Shown: in pieces, positions 37,091 through 45,850 of the stretch | How positions within the stretch are numbered: the stretch's first letter is position 1 | How the letters are laid out: every line of letters begins with the position of its first letter | NCBI GenBank assembly: GCA_009779835.1 | Contig: WRBD01000002.1 | Location: 20,622-84,621 of the forward strand | Direction of reading: 5' to 3' | Source of the DNA: Defluviitaleaceae bacterium | GTDB lineage: Bacteria; Bacillota; Clostridia; Lachnospirales; WQUN01 | Length of the DNA: 64,000 nt | Notes under the pieces: generated by a model | The model's database searches: none | What the model was told of the DNA's origin: nothing | What the model saw: only the letters and a program-made list of their open reading frames with translations | Program-made: the position numbers and the translations under genes

Positions 37091-39652
37091 TTATAAAAGT
37101 TCCTTTAACCGTCCCAACGCCATCATGGCATCGAGGGGCGTTATTTTTTCTATTTCGATTTCGCGAAGTGCGGCGATTGCTTTGTGTTCTTCTTTTTGAA
37201 GAACGGGCGGGCGTTTTGTTTTAACCGCTTCTTGTAAACCCGTTGTGTTGAAAGTGTTTAATAATTCCGTGGCATGTGCAAGAACTTCCTGCGGCAAGCC
37301 CGCCAAGCGTGCTACGTGAATACCGTAGCTTTGACCGGCTTCGCCGTGGATTAATCTTCGCAGGAAAACTATGTTTTCGCCTTGTTCCTGCGCGGTGAAG
37401 CAGTAATTTTTTACGCCGTCAAGTTTGCCTTCCAGCCGCGTTAATTCGTGATAATGTGTGGCGAAAAGAGTTTTTGCGCCAAGGATAGAAGCATCGGCAA
37501 TGTGTTCCAATACCGCCCACGCAATTGAAAGTCCGTCGTAGGTGCTTGTGCCGCGCCCGATTTCGTCAAGCAGAACTAGACTGTTTTTCGTGGCGTTGTT
37601 TAAAATATTCGCGACTTCCGTCATTTCCACCATGAAGGTACTTTGTCCCGTGGCAAGGTCATCGCTTGCGCCCACGCGGGTGAAGATTCTGTCTACCACG
37701 CCAATTTCCGCAGTCGCCGCCGGAACAAACGAACCAATTTGCGCCATCAAAACAATTAATGCGACTTGCCGCATATACGTGGATTTTCCCGCCATATTCG
37801 GGCCGGTGATGATGGCAAGACGATTTTGTTTTGTTATTTCGGTATCGTTGGGCACGAAGGCTTGAGCGGTTAGTTTTTCCACAACCGGATGACGGCCTTC
37901 CTTTATATATACGCCTGTTCCGTTGTTTATGTCGGGTTTTACATAATTATTTTTATCTGCTGTTTCCGCAAGCGATTGCAATGTATCAAGCGTTGCTAGA
38001 ACAGATGCGGTAAACTGAATGCGCGCCATTTCATCAACGATTTCACGGCGAAGCACGTCGAAAATCTCAAACTCGAGCGTAAAAATTTTTTCATCCGCGC
38101 CAAGCAAAGTTTCTTCCAAGTTTTTTAATTCTTCCGTTACAAAGCGTTCGCAATTTGCCAATGTTTGCCTGCGAATATAATTTTCCGGTGCTTTCGCCAA
38201 GTTCGCCGCCGTTATTTCAATGTAATATCCGAACACTTTATTATATCTAATTTTTAAGCTTGTAATGCCTGTTTCTTTTTTTTCACGAGCTTCCATTTCT
38301 TCAAGAATAGTTTGCGCGTTTTGTTTTACGTTGCGAAGCTCGTCCAGCTGAGGGTCTATGTTCTGGCGAATCATGCCGCCTTCGCGAACGGTTGCGGGCG
38401 GGGTTTCCGTGATAGTTTTATCAATTTTTTCATAAATATCGGAAAGATTATCAAACGTGCGGCGAATTTCCTTGTTTGCTGTGCATCTTGTGTTCGTAAG
38501 AAGCCGCTCGATTGCGGGCAGAAGCTGCGTACTTGAGCGCAAAACCCCCAAGTCACGCGCTGTGCCGTAACGTGTGGAAAGACGCGCCATAATCCTTTCA
38601 AGGTCGTGTATGCCGTGAAGATATTCGCGAAGCTCGGCGCGTTCGATGGGCATTTGCTTCCATTCCTCTACTGCGTCCAGACGCCGCCGAATTTCTTCCG
38701 TGTTCATTAACGGCAAGTCAACCCAGCTTCGCAGAAGTCGCGCACCCGCCGCGGTTTTCGTGTTGTCCAGCACCCAAAGCAACGAGCCTTTTTTGATGCG
38801 CTCTCTTGATGACGCAGTAAGTTCAAGATTGCGGCGGCTGGAACTGTCAAGGAGCATATGCGTTTGGCGGTCGTAAATCTTTAACCGTGTTATTTGCGAA
38901 AGCGCGGATTTTTGCGTGTCCGTGAGATAAATAAGAAGCGCACCCGCGGCAGGAACCTCATTTGCTCCATCCGAAATTCCGAAGCCCTCCAAGTGCATTG
39001 TCCCAAAATGTTCAATCAAGGCTTTTCGCGCGTTTGCATGGTGAAAAGACCACGCCGGCGCAATTGTTGCCTTTAACCCCGTGACATTTTCCACTACACG
39101 CGTATACGGAAAATTTTCCGGCAGAATTATTTCTGCCGGGCTGATTCGCGAAAGCTCGTCCATTAATTTTTGTTCGCTTTGTTCGTTCGGCAGTGCTGTT
39201 GCCATAAAAAGCCCTGTGGTAATATCGGCGGAAGCCAGCGAAAAACCAGCCTTGTCACTACTGATTGCAACTATGTAATTATGTTGCCCTTCCTCCAAAA
39301 AATTAGCATCGGTAATTGTACCCGGCGTTACCACGCGAATTACGTCACGCTTTACAATGCCCTTCGCTTGTTTTGCGTCCTCGACTTGGTCGCAAATCGC
39401 GACACGATATCCTTTTTCCACCAGCTTCGCGATATATCCGTCAACTGCGTGCGCCGGAACTCCGCACATCGGCGCACGTTCCTCTTGCCCGCAATCGCGC
39501 CCTGTTAACGCAATGTCAAGTTCTTTCGCCGCAATTTTCGCGTCTTCAAAAAAAATTTCGAAAAAATCTCCAAGCCGAAACATTAAAATGGCATCCTTGT
39601 GGTTTGCTTTAATCGCGAAATATTGCTCCATCATCGGGGTTAGTTTTGGCAT
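37091..39652 (-). CDS. mutS: DNA mismatch repair protein MutS
   Basis: MPKLTPMMEQYFAIKANHKDAILMFRLGDFFE N-terminus, Walker A GPNMAGKSTYMRQ, DEIGRGTSTYDG, TLFATHYHEL. Start set at ATG 39652 after GGAGGA; the 56-codon upstream extension in the ORF track is rejected. Confidence 0.92.
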   Translation of the reverse strand: MPKLTPMMEQYFAIKANHKDAILMFRLGDFFEIFFEDAKIAAKELDIALTGRDCGQEERAPMCGVPAHAVDGYIAKLVEKGYRVAICDQVEDAKQAKGIVKRDVIRVVTPGTITDANFLEEGQHNYIVAISSDKAGFSLASADITTGLFMATALPNEQSEQKLMDELSRISPAEIILPENFPYTRVVENVTGLKATIAPAWSFHHANARKALIEHFGTMHLEGFGISDGANEVPAAGALLIYLTDTQKSALSQITRLKIYDRQTHMLLDSSSRRNLELTASSRERIKKGSLLWVLDNTKTAAGARLLRSWVDLPLMNTEEIRRRLDAVEEWKQMPIERAELREYLHGIHDLERIMARLSTRYGTARDLGVLRSSTQLLPAIERLLTNTRCTANKEIRRTFDNLSDIYEKIDKTITETPPATVREGGMIRQNIDPQLDELRNVKQNAQTILEEMEAREKKETGITSLKIRYNKVFGYYIEITAANLAKAPENYIRRQTLANCERFVTEELKNLEETLLGADEKIFTLEFEIFDVLRREIVDEMARIQFTASVLATLDTLQSLAETADKNNYVKPDINNGTGVYIKEGRHPVVEKLTAQAFVPNDTEITKQNRLAIITGPNMAGKSTYMRQVALIVLMAQIGSFVPAATAEIGVVDRIFTRVGASDDLATGQSTFMVEMTEVANILNNATKNSLVLLDEIGRGTSTYDGLSIAWAVLEHIADASILGAKTLFATHYHELTRLEGKLDGVKNYCFTAQEQGENIVFLRRLIHGEAGQSYGIHVARLAGLPQEVLAHATELLNTFNTTGLQEAVKTKRPPVLQKEEHKAIAALREIEIEKITPLDAMMALGRLKELL

Positions 39653-39663
39653 ATCGTTCCTCC

Positions 39664-39692
39664 TTGATATTGTTGACAATAACGGATACAAT
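39664..39692 (+). promoter_or_regulatory. Promoter of the Phd/YefM-RelE/ParE module (TTGATA-17-TACAAT)
   Basis: TTGATA 39664-39669, a 17-nt spacer, TACAAT 39687-39692, 21 nt before the ATG at 39714. Lies immediately upstream of, and divergent to, the mutS start. Confidence 0.5.
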
Positions 39693-39713
39693 GCAAATAA
39701 AAGGGGTGTTAAA

Positions 39714-39980
39714 ATGTACAACTTACACGTTCGTCCGGAACGCGAACTTCGTAACAATTTTTCCGAAATATCCAAGCTTAACAAGCAACTTGATGCGGTT
39801 GTGCTAACCAATCGCGGCAAAGGTACACATGTTTTGTTAAGCTTTGATGAATTTGCCGACTACGAAGAATACCGCCATAATCGCTGGCTGATGGAAAAAA
39901 TAAAGGAAGCCGAAACCGACACAAGCCTGCAAAGCCACGAAGAAGTATGGCAGAAGCTTGGTGAAAAATATGGAATATAA
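39714..39980 (+). CDS. Phd/YefM-family type II antitoxin
   Basis: MYNLHVRPERELRNNFSEISKLNKQLDAVVLTNRGKGTHVLLSFDEFADYEE matches the Phd/YefM pattern. The in-frame upstream 119 codons of the track ORF are antisense to mutS and rejected. Confidence 0.7.
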   Translation: MYNLHVRPERELRNNFSEISKLNKQLDAVVLTNRGKGTHVLLSFDEFADYEEYRHNRWLMEKIKEAETDTSLQSHEEVWQKLGEKYGI

Positions 39981-40263
39981 AATTATTTACAAATCCTACG
40001 CAGAGCGCGACATATGGGAAATCGCAGATTATTTATCCGATTATTCCGCAGATGCGGTGAAAAGTTTTCTGCGCGAACTAAAAGAAAAAATTGAAGGTCT
40101 TGAGAAAATGCCCCAAATGTATCCGAAAATTGCCCCGCATGATTATAGAAAAATAGTGATTGGAAACTACGTAGCGGTATACATTGTAAACGAACAGTTG
40201 AAAGAAATTTTAATTGTTCGCGTTGTTCACGGCAAACGAAATTATCAAGACGATTTATTATAA
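39970..40263 (+). CDS. RelE/ParE-family type II toxin
   Basis: MEYKIIYKSYAERDIWEIADYLSDYS...YRKIVIGNYVAVYIVNEQLKEILIVRVVHGKRNY is ParE/RelE-like. Overlaps the antitoxin 3' end by 11 nt. Confidence 0.75.
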   Translation: MEYKIIYKSYAERDIWEIADYLSDYSADAVKSFLRELKEKIEGLEKMPQMYPKIAPHDYRKIVIGNYVAVYIVNEQLKEILIVRVVHGKRNYQDDLL

Positions 40264-40363
40264 CCATAATAAACTTATGCGCAACAAAAAACGAACTACT
40301 GCAAAAGAAAAAAACCGCGAAAGGCACGAGACACACGAAAATTTTTTCATTACAAAAAAACGC

Positions 40364-40416
40364 CGCCTTCATAATAAACTCCGAGAGGGGGCAGGGAGCC
40401 TGAAGGCGACATTTTT
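40364..40416 (+). terminator. Possible terminator after the toxin gene
   Basis: CGCCTTCA (40364-40371) / TGAAGGCG (40401-40408), followed by ACATTTTT. The loop is long (29 nt). Confidence 0.35.
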
Positions 40417-40541
40417 CGCGAGCAATGAGCCAAACTATTCACTCACTCACATTTGGCGAGTGCCGCATAATCAAGCAGGCTTGCCTGCTCGATAAATTCC
40501 GACATATTATATCCTTGCTGTCCGCACATGTCAACCACAAT

Positions 40542-40570
40542 TTGACTTCATTGTCAAAATGGTGTATAAT
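40542..40570 (+). promoter_or_regulatory. Promoter upstream of veg (TTGACT-17-TATAAT)
   Basis: TTGACT 40542-40547, an exact 17-nt spacer, TATAAT 40565-40570. Confidence 0.55.
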
Positions 40571-40635
40571 CACGCATTGACAATTTTTTGAAAGGGGGAA
40601 AACCGTCCGAACGACTATAAAAATTATTAGGAGAG

Positions 40636-40887
40636 GTGAAAGATTTGTTTGATAGGACAGATGTTTTCCACGTAAGGAGCGATATTCAAAGGAATATCGG
40701 AAGCAAGGTAAGGCTTGAAACCAACAAAGGCCGCCATAAATCGGTGATAAGCAAAGGGGTTATATCAAATGTATACCCCAGTATTTTCACGGTGCAATTG
40801 AGCGATGGCCCTGACCCCTCTCGTAAACTTTCATTCAGTTATACGGATGTTTTAACTAACGCTGTAGAAATTACGCTTTGCGATTAG
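40636..40887 (+). CDS. veg: Veg protein (small biofilm/sporulation-associated protein)
   Basis: DIQRNIGSKVRLETNKGRHKSVISKGVISNVYPSIFTVQL...SFSYTDVLTNAVEITL parallels B. subtilis Veg. Start codon uncertain (GTG 40636 or TTG 40645). Confidence 0.75.
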   Translation: MKDLFDRTDVFHVRSDIQRNIGSKVRLETNKGRHKSVISKGVISNVYPSIFTVQLSDGPDPSRKLSFSYTDVLTNAVEITLCD

Positions 40888-40979
40888 TTTAATATAAGGA
40901 ATATGACCAAACCCTCCTGCATAGTATTGTCGTAAGAGAATATTTTTCCGACAATGCTTTGAAGGAGGTTTTTTATTTT

Positions 40980-42545
40980 ATGGCTGAGTTAGTTAGGGAA
41001 CAGGTTTTTCTTGACCAGTCGGTGGGAAGCGAAACAGTTCAGATTATGCTTGAGGGCGACATAATTGTGCCGGATGTTAAGCCCGACATGGCACTGTTGT
41101 TGCAAACGGAAGAGCAGGTGCTGATAGACCGCACCGAGGCAAGCGCAGAGCGTGTAAACTACATAGGACGGCTGAATCTTTCGGTGCTTTATGTGTCGAA
41201 AGGCGCGGACAAATCTGTGCATTCTATTAGCCTAAACCGCGGGCTTGATGATTTTATCAATCTCGACGGTGTTACGAAAGATATGTGGGTTCGTGCAAAG
41301 GCGGCCATTGCAAACATAGATTATCGCGTTGTAAACGACCGCAAGGTAAATTATCGCGCAGTCGTGAATGTTTCAATTTCGGCGGAGCGTTGCGATGCCC
41401 ATGAATTGGTTGTACATATCAATGACGTTCCGGAAAATCAGTTGCTTAAAACGAGTTTAAATTTGAACCGCACAATCGAAAACCGCTTGGATCGCTTTGT
41501 TGTGAAAGAGCAAATCACTCTGCCGTCTGCAAAGCCGAATATTCGTGAGATTCTTCAAGTTACCGCAGGCATCACGAATCAAGAAACGCGCATTTCCAAC
41601 GGACGTGTGAATCTTTCCGGCGAAATCGCGCTAACTACGCTTTATCGCGGCGACAGCGACGAGTCGTTAATCGAGTTCATCGAAAGCGAAATACCTTTCA
41701 ACGGTCCAATTGACATCTCCGGTGCGCGTGACGATATGCTTGCAGATGTCGCGCTGCAAATCTTAGACCATCATATCATTGTCCGCCCTGACGACGACGG
41801 CGAAGACAGAATTCTTGAAATCGAAATCTCTGTCGGCGTTGAAATGAAAGTTTACAGCACGGAAACTTTCCCCATTCTCGAGGACGCGTACATTATTAAT
41901 ACACAGTTGACGCTTGCGAAAACGGCAGTGCGTTATCCGCGCCTTGTGTGCCTAAATCGCAACCAAACCCCCGTGAAAGAAGTTGTCACGCTGGGAAGCT
42001 CCGTACCCGATATGCTGCAGGTTTTCCGCGTGAAAGGCCACGCCCACATCGACGACTTAAAAATCATCGACGACAAAATTATCGTTGAGGGTGCGATTAA
42101 CACGGATATTTTGTATGTAGCAGAATCTGACTCAACGCCACTTGCGTCTTACCGCACGGTTATTCCATACCGTCAAGTAATCGAAGCAAAGGGCGCGAAC
42201 TCCTCTATGGGCGTCGATGTTGACATCTCAATTGACCATGTAACCTTCAATATGCTTTCTCCGCGCGAAACAGAAACACGCTTCCTTCTCACATTCAACA
42301 CCCGCGTAGTCGAGCAGGAAGAAACCCGCATAATCCGCGACATCGAATTCGCCGAAATAGACCCCGCAACCCTTGCAAGCCAAGCATCTATGACCGTCTA
42401 CATCGTACAGCCCAACGACAACCTGTGGAAAATAGCCAAACGCTACAACACCCCACTCGACGAACTCCTCACCGTAAACGAAATCGAACACCCCGGTAAA
42501 ATAAATGCCGGACAAAAATTATTAATTTTAAAGCGTGGTATGTAA
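40980..42545 (+). CDS. DUF3794-repeat protein with C-terminal LysM domain (SipL-like spore morphogenetic candidate)
   Basis: The C-terminal YIVQPNDNLWKIAKRYNTPLDELLTVNEI...GQKLLI is LysM. The upstream repeated beta-rich modules resemble DUF3794. The SipL assignment is inference from architecture only. Confidence 0.65.
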   Translation: MAELVREQVFLDQSVGSETVQIMLEGDIIVPDVKPDMALLLQTEEQVLIDRTEASAERVNYIGRLNLSVLYVSKGADKSVHSISLNRGLDDFINLDGVTKDMWVRAKAAIANIDYRVVNDRKVNYRAVVNVSISAERCDAHELVVHINDVPENQLLKTSLNLNRTIENRLDRFVVKEQITLPSAKPNIREILQVTAGITNQETRISNGRVNLSGEIALTTLYRGDSDESLIEFIESEIPFNGPIDISGARDDMLADVALQILDHHIIVRPDDDGEDRILEIEISVGVEMKVYSTETFPILEDAYIINTQLTLAKTAVRYPRLVCLNRNQTPVKEVVTLGSSVPDMLQVFRVKGHAHIDDLKIIDDKIIVEGAINTDILYVAESDSTPLASYRTVIPYRQVIEAKGANSSMGVDVDISIDHVTFNMLSPRETETRFLLTFNTRVVEQEETRIIRDIEFAEIDPATLASQASMTVYIVQPNDNLWKIAKRYNTPLDELLTVNEIEHPGKINAGQKLLILKRGM

Positions 42546-42556
42546 TTTTTGTTAAC

Positions 42557-42608
42557 AAAAAGGCATACGCAGTTGAGGGAATTTCCGACTGCATATGCCT
42601 TTTTTTTC
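42557..42608. terminator. Bidirectional terminator between convergent genes
   Basis: GGCATACGCAGT / ACTGCATATGCC stem (one mismatch) flanked by A-run and T-run. Confidence 0.65.
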
Positions 42609-42629
42609 TTCATTTTTTTACCCACCCTA

Positions 42630-44780
42630 TCACGCTTCCTTTATTATCAGAAACAACTCGTGCAGTGCGCGGGTGCATATTAAATAAAATAATTTTTGCT
42701 CACGAAGGGTTTGCGGCTGTTTGAATGCGGGGCAAATTACAACGTCAAACTCCAAGCCTTTTGCGAATGATGCCGCCATTACCATAATGCCTTTTGGAAG
42801 TATTTGAGACTCTGCGTTAATTAAATTAAGCGGGCGTGGAGTGTTTCCCTGTGGCAATAATTTTTTAAACTGCGAGTGAAACACCTTTGCCTCGCCGATA
42901 GTAGGCAACAGAATGCCGACGGTATTGTAATTGGAGGAAAGTTTCCCCAGAATTTCCAAAGCCATTTGCGCGGGGTTTGTACTTTGCTCTATTACAGGTT
43001 CTCTGCCGTTACGCAGGAAAATGCCCGGGTCTTGCGTGTCGTTGTCGGTTTCGCTCGTGCCTAAAAGCGAAGCGGCGAAGCGCATTATTTCGTAAGTGGA
43101 GCGGTAACTCTTAGTTAGGGGAATCACTTGCGCTTGTGGATAAAGGGCGCATAGTTCTTCCGTCTCGTTAATGTTTATTTCGGGGAAAAGGGCTTGGTTT
43201 GTATCTGCAAGTACGGTGAAGTGGCTTGCGGGATACAATTTACGCAAAATTTTATGGTGTAAAACACTAAAATCCTGCGCTTCGTCCAGCAAAATATGTT
43301 TTACGGTTTTTTCGCCGGCTATCCGCCCGGTTAATAAGTCGATATAGAAAAGCAACAGCGCGTCTTCGAAGAAAAATGAATCCATGCGCAGGGCATCGCG
43401 GGCGGGGGTGAATGGAATTCCGTGGGTTTTTGCGACGTTTTTCAGGCATTTTTCTAATATTTTCGACGCAAACGGAAAAGAACGGTTGCGAATATCCGCC
43501 AATGAAATGTTTTGCTCCTCGTCGAATTTTGCGCGGATTATTCCGTCGGGAAAATTGTCGTCGTGAATTTCGTTAAAAAGCCCTGTAATTTTTCTTGAAT
43601 TTGCTTTGAAATATTCATTATATCTTTGCGTTGTGTATGAAAGAACGCGCTCAGTTTTTGACGCAAGAGTGCCGGAAACAGTGCGGTCGCTGTATAGTGA
43701 ATTTAAACGGTCGCGGCTACAAATTTTATCGTTGTAAAAAAATACATCTTCAAAAACGGGCGTGTAAGACGAAATATATTTTTCAATTTCACTAAGAAAT
43801 TCCGGCGAAAATTTTATTTTAAGCCAAGCAATTCGTATTTCGTCTAAGTTTTCGCTAATAGCTTCCAACATTTGTTCTTGTCCACGAAATGCCCGCCCGC
43901 CGCGGGACTTTTTTGCGTTGTTAAGCAACATATGAAAATCCAGCGTTTGCACGTCTTCTTCGCCCAGCGCGGGGATAATGCCCGCGATATATGACGAAAA
44001 AATCTCGTTCGGCGAAAAAATGCGTACTTTTGAGGAATTCAAACTGTCACGGTGACGGTATAAAAGATACGCAAGCCTATGCAAGCCAACGGATGTTTTG
44101 CCGCAACCCGCCGGCCCGTAAACCAATAGAGTTCCCGCTTCGGCACGAATAGCGCGGTTTTGGTCTGCTTGAATCGTGTTTATAATCGTTTTAATACGCG
44201 CTTCGCTTGCTTTTGAAAGCTCAAGCCGCAGAATGTCATCCTCAATTGCAATATCATTGTCAAAAAGATATAAAAGCTCGCCGTCTTCAATTTGATATTG
44301 CCTTTTTAACGTAATTTCCCCGGAAATAACCGCGCCCGTTCCCGGCACGGAAAAAGAAGCCGCGCCCGTGCCATAATCGTAATACAGGCTTGAAATAGGC
44401 GCGCGCCAGTCGTATACGTGAAAGACATGCGTCTCATCGTCAAACAGCGAATGCCGCCCGATGTAGATTTGCTCTGTTTCGCTATTTCCTTCGATAAAAT
44501 CTATCCTTGCGAAGTACGGAGATTCCAGCATTTTTCCCAGCTTTTTTATTTCTTCAGAGGCTTGAACGTATTGGTTTTCGTGCCGTGCTACTTCTTCGGC
44601 AAAAATTGTCAGGTCTGCTACATCGTCGAAGTCGCGCAGCACAATCCGTGCTTCGCGCCACATTTCTTTTCGCACGTCCAAAACACCCGTGCGTTTTGCC
44701 GCCAAGCTTTCACCCAAACTGCCTATCTTTGCAAGTATGTTTTCTTTCACTATCGTCAGTTTTTCATTCTCGTTCTGCAT
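42630..44780 (-). CDS. UvrD-like superfamily 1 helicase, HelD-like
   Basis: Walker A GPAGCGKTSVGLHRLAYLLY, DEAQD (Walker B) and a C-terminal UvrD_C-like KGLEFDVVI. The N-terminal helical region of about 190 aa is as in HelD/helicase IV. Confidence 0.7.
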   Translation of the reverse strand: MQNENEKLTIVKENILAKIGSLGESLAAKRTGVLDVRKEMWREARIVLRDFDDVADLTIFAEEVARHENQYVQASEEIKKLGKMLESPYFARIDFIEGNSETEQIYIGRHSLFDDETHVFHVYDWRAPISSLYYDYGTGAASFSVPGTGAVISGEITLKRQYQIEDGELLYLFDNDIAIEDDILRLELSKASEARIKTIINTIQADQNRAIRAEAGTLLVYGPAGCGKTSVGLHRLAYLLYRHRDSLNSSKVRIFSPNEIFSSYIAGIIPALGEEDVQTLDFHMLLNNAKKSRGGRAFRGQEQMLEAISENLDEIRIAWLKIKFSPEFLSEIEKYISSYTPVFEDVFFYNDKICSRDRLNSLYSDRTVSGTLASKTERVLSYTTQRYNEYFKANSRKITGLFNEIHDDNFPDGIIRAKFDEEQNISLADIRNRSFPFASKILEKCLKNVAKTHGIPFTPARDALRMDSFFFEDALLLFYIDLLTGRIAGEKTVKHILLDEAQDFSVLHHKILRKLYPASHFTVLADTNQALFPEININETEELCALYPQAQVIPLTKSYRSTYEIMRFAASLLGTSETDNDTQDPGIFLRNGREPVIEQSTNPAQMALEILGKLSSNYNTVGILLPTIGEAKVFHSQFKKLLPQGNTPRPLNLINAESQILPKGIMVMAASFAKGLEFDVVICPAFKQPQTLREQKLFYLICTRALHELFLIIKEA

Positions 44781-44970
44781 TTGAAACCTCCACCGCTTAA
44801 AATCACGGTATATTTATATACTCGCGAACGTAAACCTCTACCGCACAGGCGCGAGTATAACATATGTTTCCCTAAATTTCATTATTTACGTGGGAAAGCA
44901 TGGTATTTTCCTTGACAAAGATAAATTATTCGTATAAATAAAGCACAGTCGTTGAAAGGGGTAACATTAA

Positions 44971-45615
44971 ATGTCAAGCACTAGCGCGGTCAGGGAATTT
45001 TTTCAAAAGCATATATTTTTTTTGCTTGGCGGAGTGTGTGTTTTTATTGTAGGAATTATTTTTATTGCAAGCCAAAGAACGGCGACGGATGTTATTCGTG
45101 ACGGCGAAATTATTTTTGACGCGCAAGATGCGAAGGATGTGCCTGTATCTTCATCTGCCGTTGAGACTGATTACATCATTGTACATATAGATGGGGCAGT
45201 GAATTTGCCCGGGGTTTTCAGTTTGCCTGCAAGCGCAAGGGTTGAAGACGCATTGCTTAAAGCGGGCGGCGCAACCGCCGACGCAAATTTATCCGGCATA
45301 AACCGCGCCGATTTTCTGCAAGACGGAATGAAAATAAATATCCCCGCGCAAGGCGAGGACCTGGATGAAATATTCATTTTCGCAACCGAACCCGCCGGGC
45401 GCGGCGGAATAAACAGCGACGGATTGATAAATATAAACACAGCAACCCTCACCGAGCTTCAAACCCTGCCGGGAATTGGCTCAGTTAGGGCAGAAAGTAT
45501 AATAAGCTTCCGCGAAACCCACGGAAATTTTTCAAACATAGAAGAATTAATTAACATATCCGGGATAGGCCCAAGCATAATGGAAAGACTCCGGGACAGG
45601 GTTACAGTAGAGTGA
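44971..45615 (+). CDS. comEA: Competence protein ComEA (SLBB plus helix-hairpin-helix DNA receptor)
   Basis: N-terminal TM segment, SLBB-like VHIDGAVNLPGVFSLPASARVEDALLKAGG, and tandem HhH INTATLTELQTLPGIGSVRAESII...ISGIGPSIMERL. Confidence 0.8.
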   Translation: MSSTSAVREFFQKHIFFLLGGVCVFIVGIIFIASQRTATDVIRDGEIIFDAQDAKDVPVSSSAVETDYIIVHIDGAVNLPGVFSLPASARVEDALLKAGGATADANLSGINRADFLQDGMKINIPAQGEDLDEIFIFATEPAGRGGINSDGLININTATLTELQTLPGIGSVRAESIISFRETHGNFSNIEELINISGIGPSIMERLRDRVTVE

Positions 45616-45750
45616 AATACCGGCCTCTTTATTCAAAATAAAATAACATTTGCCAAGTTTACCTGTCAACAGGGGATTTAATTATATTTTCGTTTAAACA
45701 GGACGCTGAAATATGTGTCCTTTTTTTGTAATTTTATTATCTATGCGACG

Positions 45751-45795
45751 GGTTGACTTTTGTGGTTGACATAGTGGGTTGATTTTAAGGTTGAC
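45751..45795 (+). promoter_or_regulatory. Four phased direct repeats GGTTGAY (candidate operator), the last overlapping a TTGACA -35 box
   Basis: GGTTGAC 45751-45757, GGTTGAC 45764-45770, GGTTGAT 45777-45783, GGTTGAC 45789-45795, with spacing 13/13/12 nt. TTGACA at 45791-45796. Located 55 nt upstream of the XRE/ImmA gene start. Confidence 0.5.
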
Positions 45796-45850
45796 AAATT
45801 TGGATTTTTCGCATACTCTTTTGATATACCAAGAAATGGGAGGTGAACCT

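Noticed and set aside
39357-39713. N-terminal 119 codons of the 207-aa track ORF 39357-39980
   Set aside because: This part runs antisense through the 5' end of mutS and has no protein-like features. The recognisable Phd/YefM sequence begins at ATG 39714, which also has a well-placed promoter, so only 39714-39980 is annotated.
39653-39820. 56-codon upstream extension of mutS in the ORF track
   Set aside because: The conserved MutS N-terminus (MPKLTPMMEQYF...) starts at ATG 39652, directly after GGAGGA. The extension overlaps the divergent antitoxin gene and its promoter.
45713-45769. 18-codon ORF (MCPFFVILLSMRRVDFCG) upstream of the cassette as a possible RiPP precursor for the radical SAM enzyme
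   Set aside because: It has only a weak RBS, overlaps the GGTTGAC operator-like repeats, and is separated from the radical SAM gene by the regulator. There is too little evidence.
45751-45795. Short direct repeats considered as a CRISPR-like array
   Set aside because: The repeats are only 7 nt long at 12-13-nt spacing and overlap a promoter, which is the geometry of an operator rather than a CRISPR array. No CRISPR array was seen anywhere in the window.
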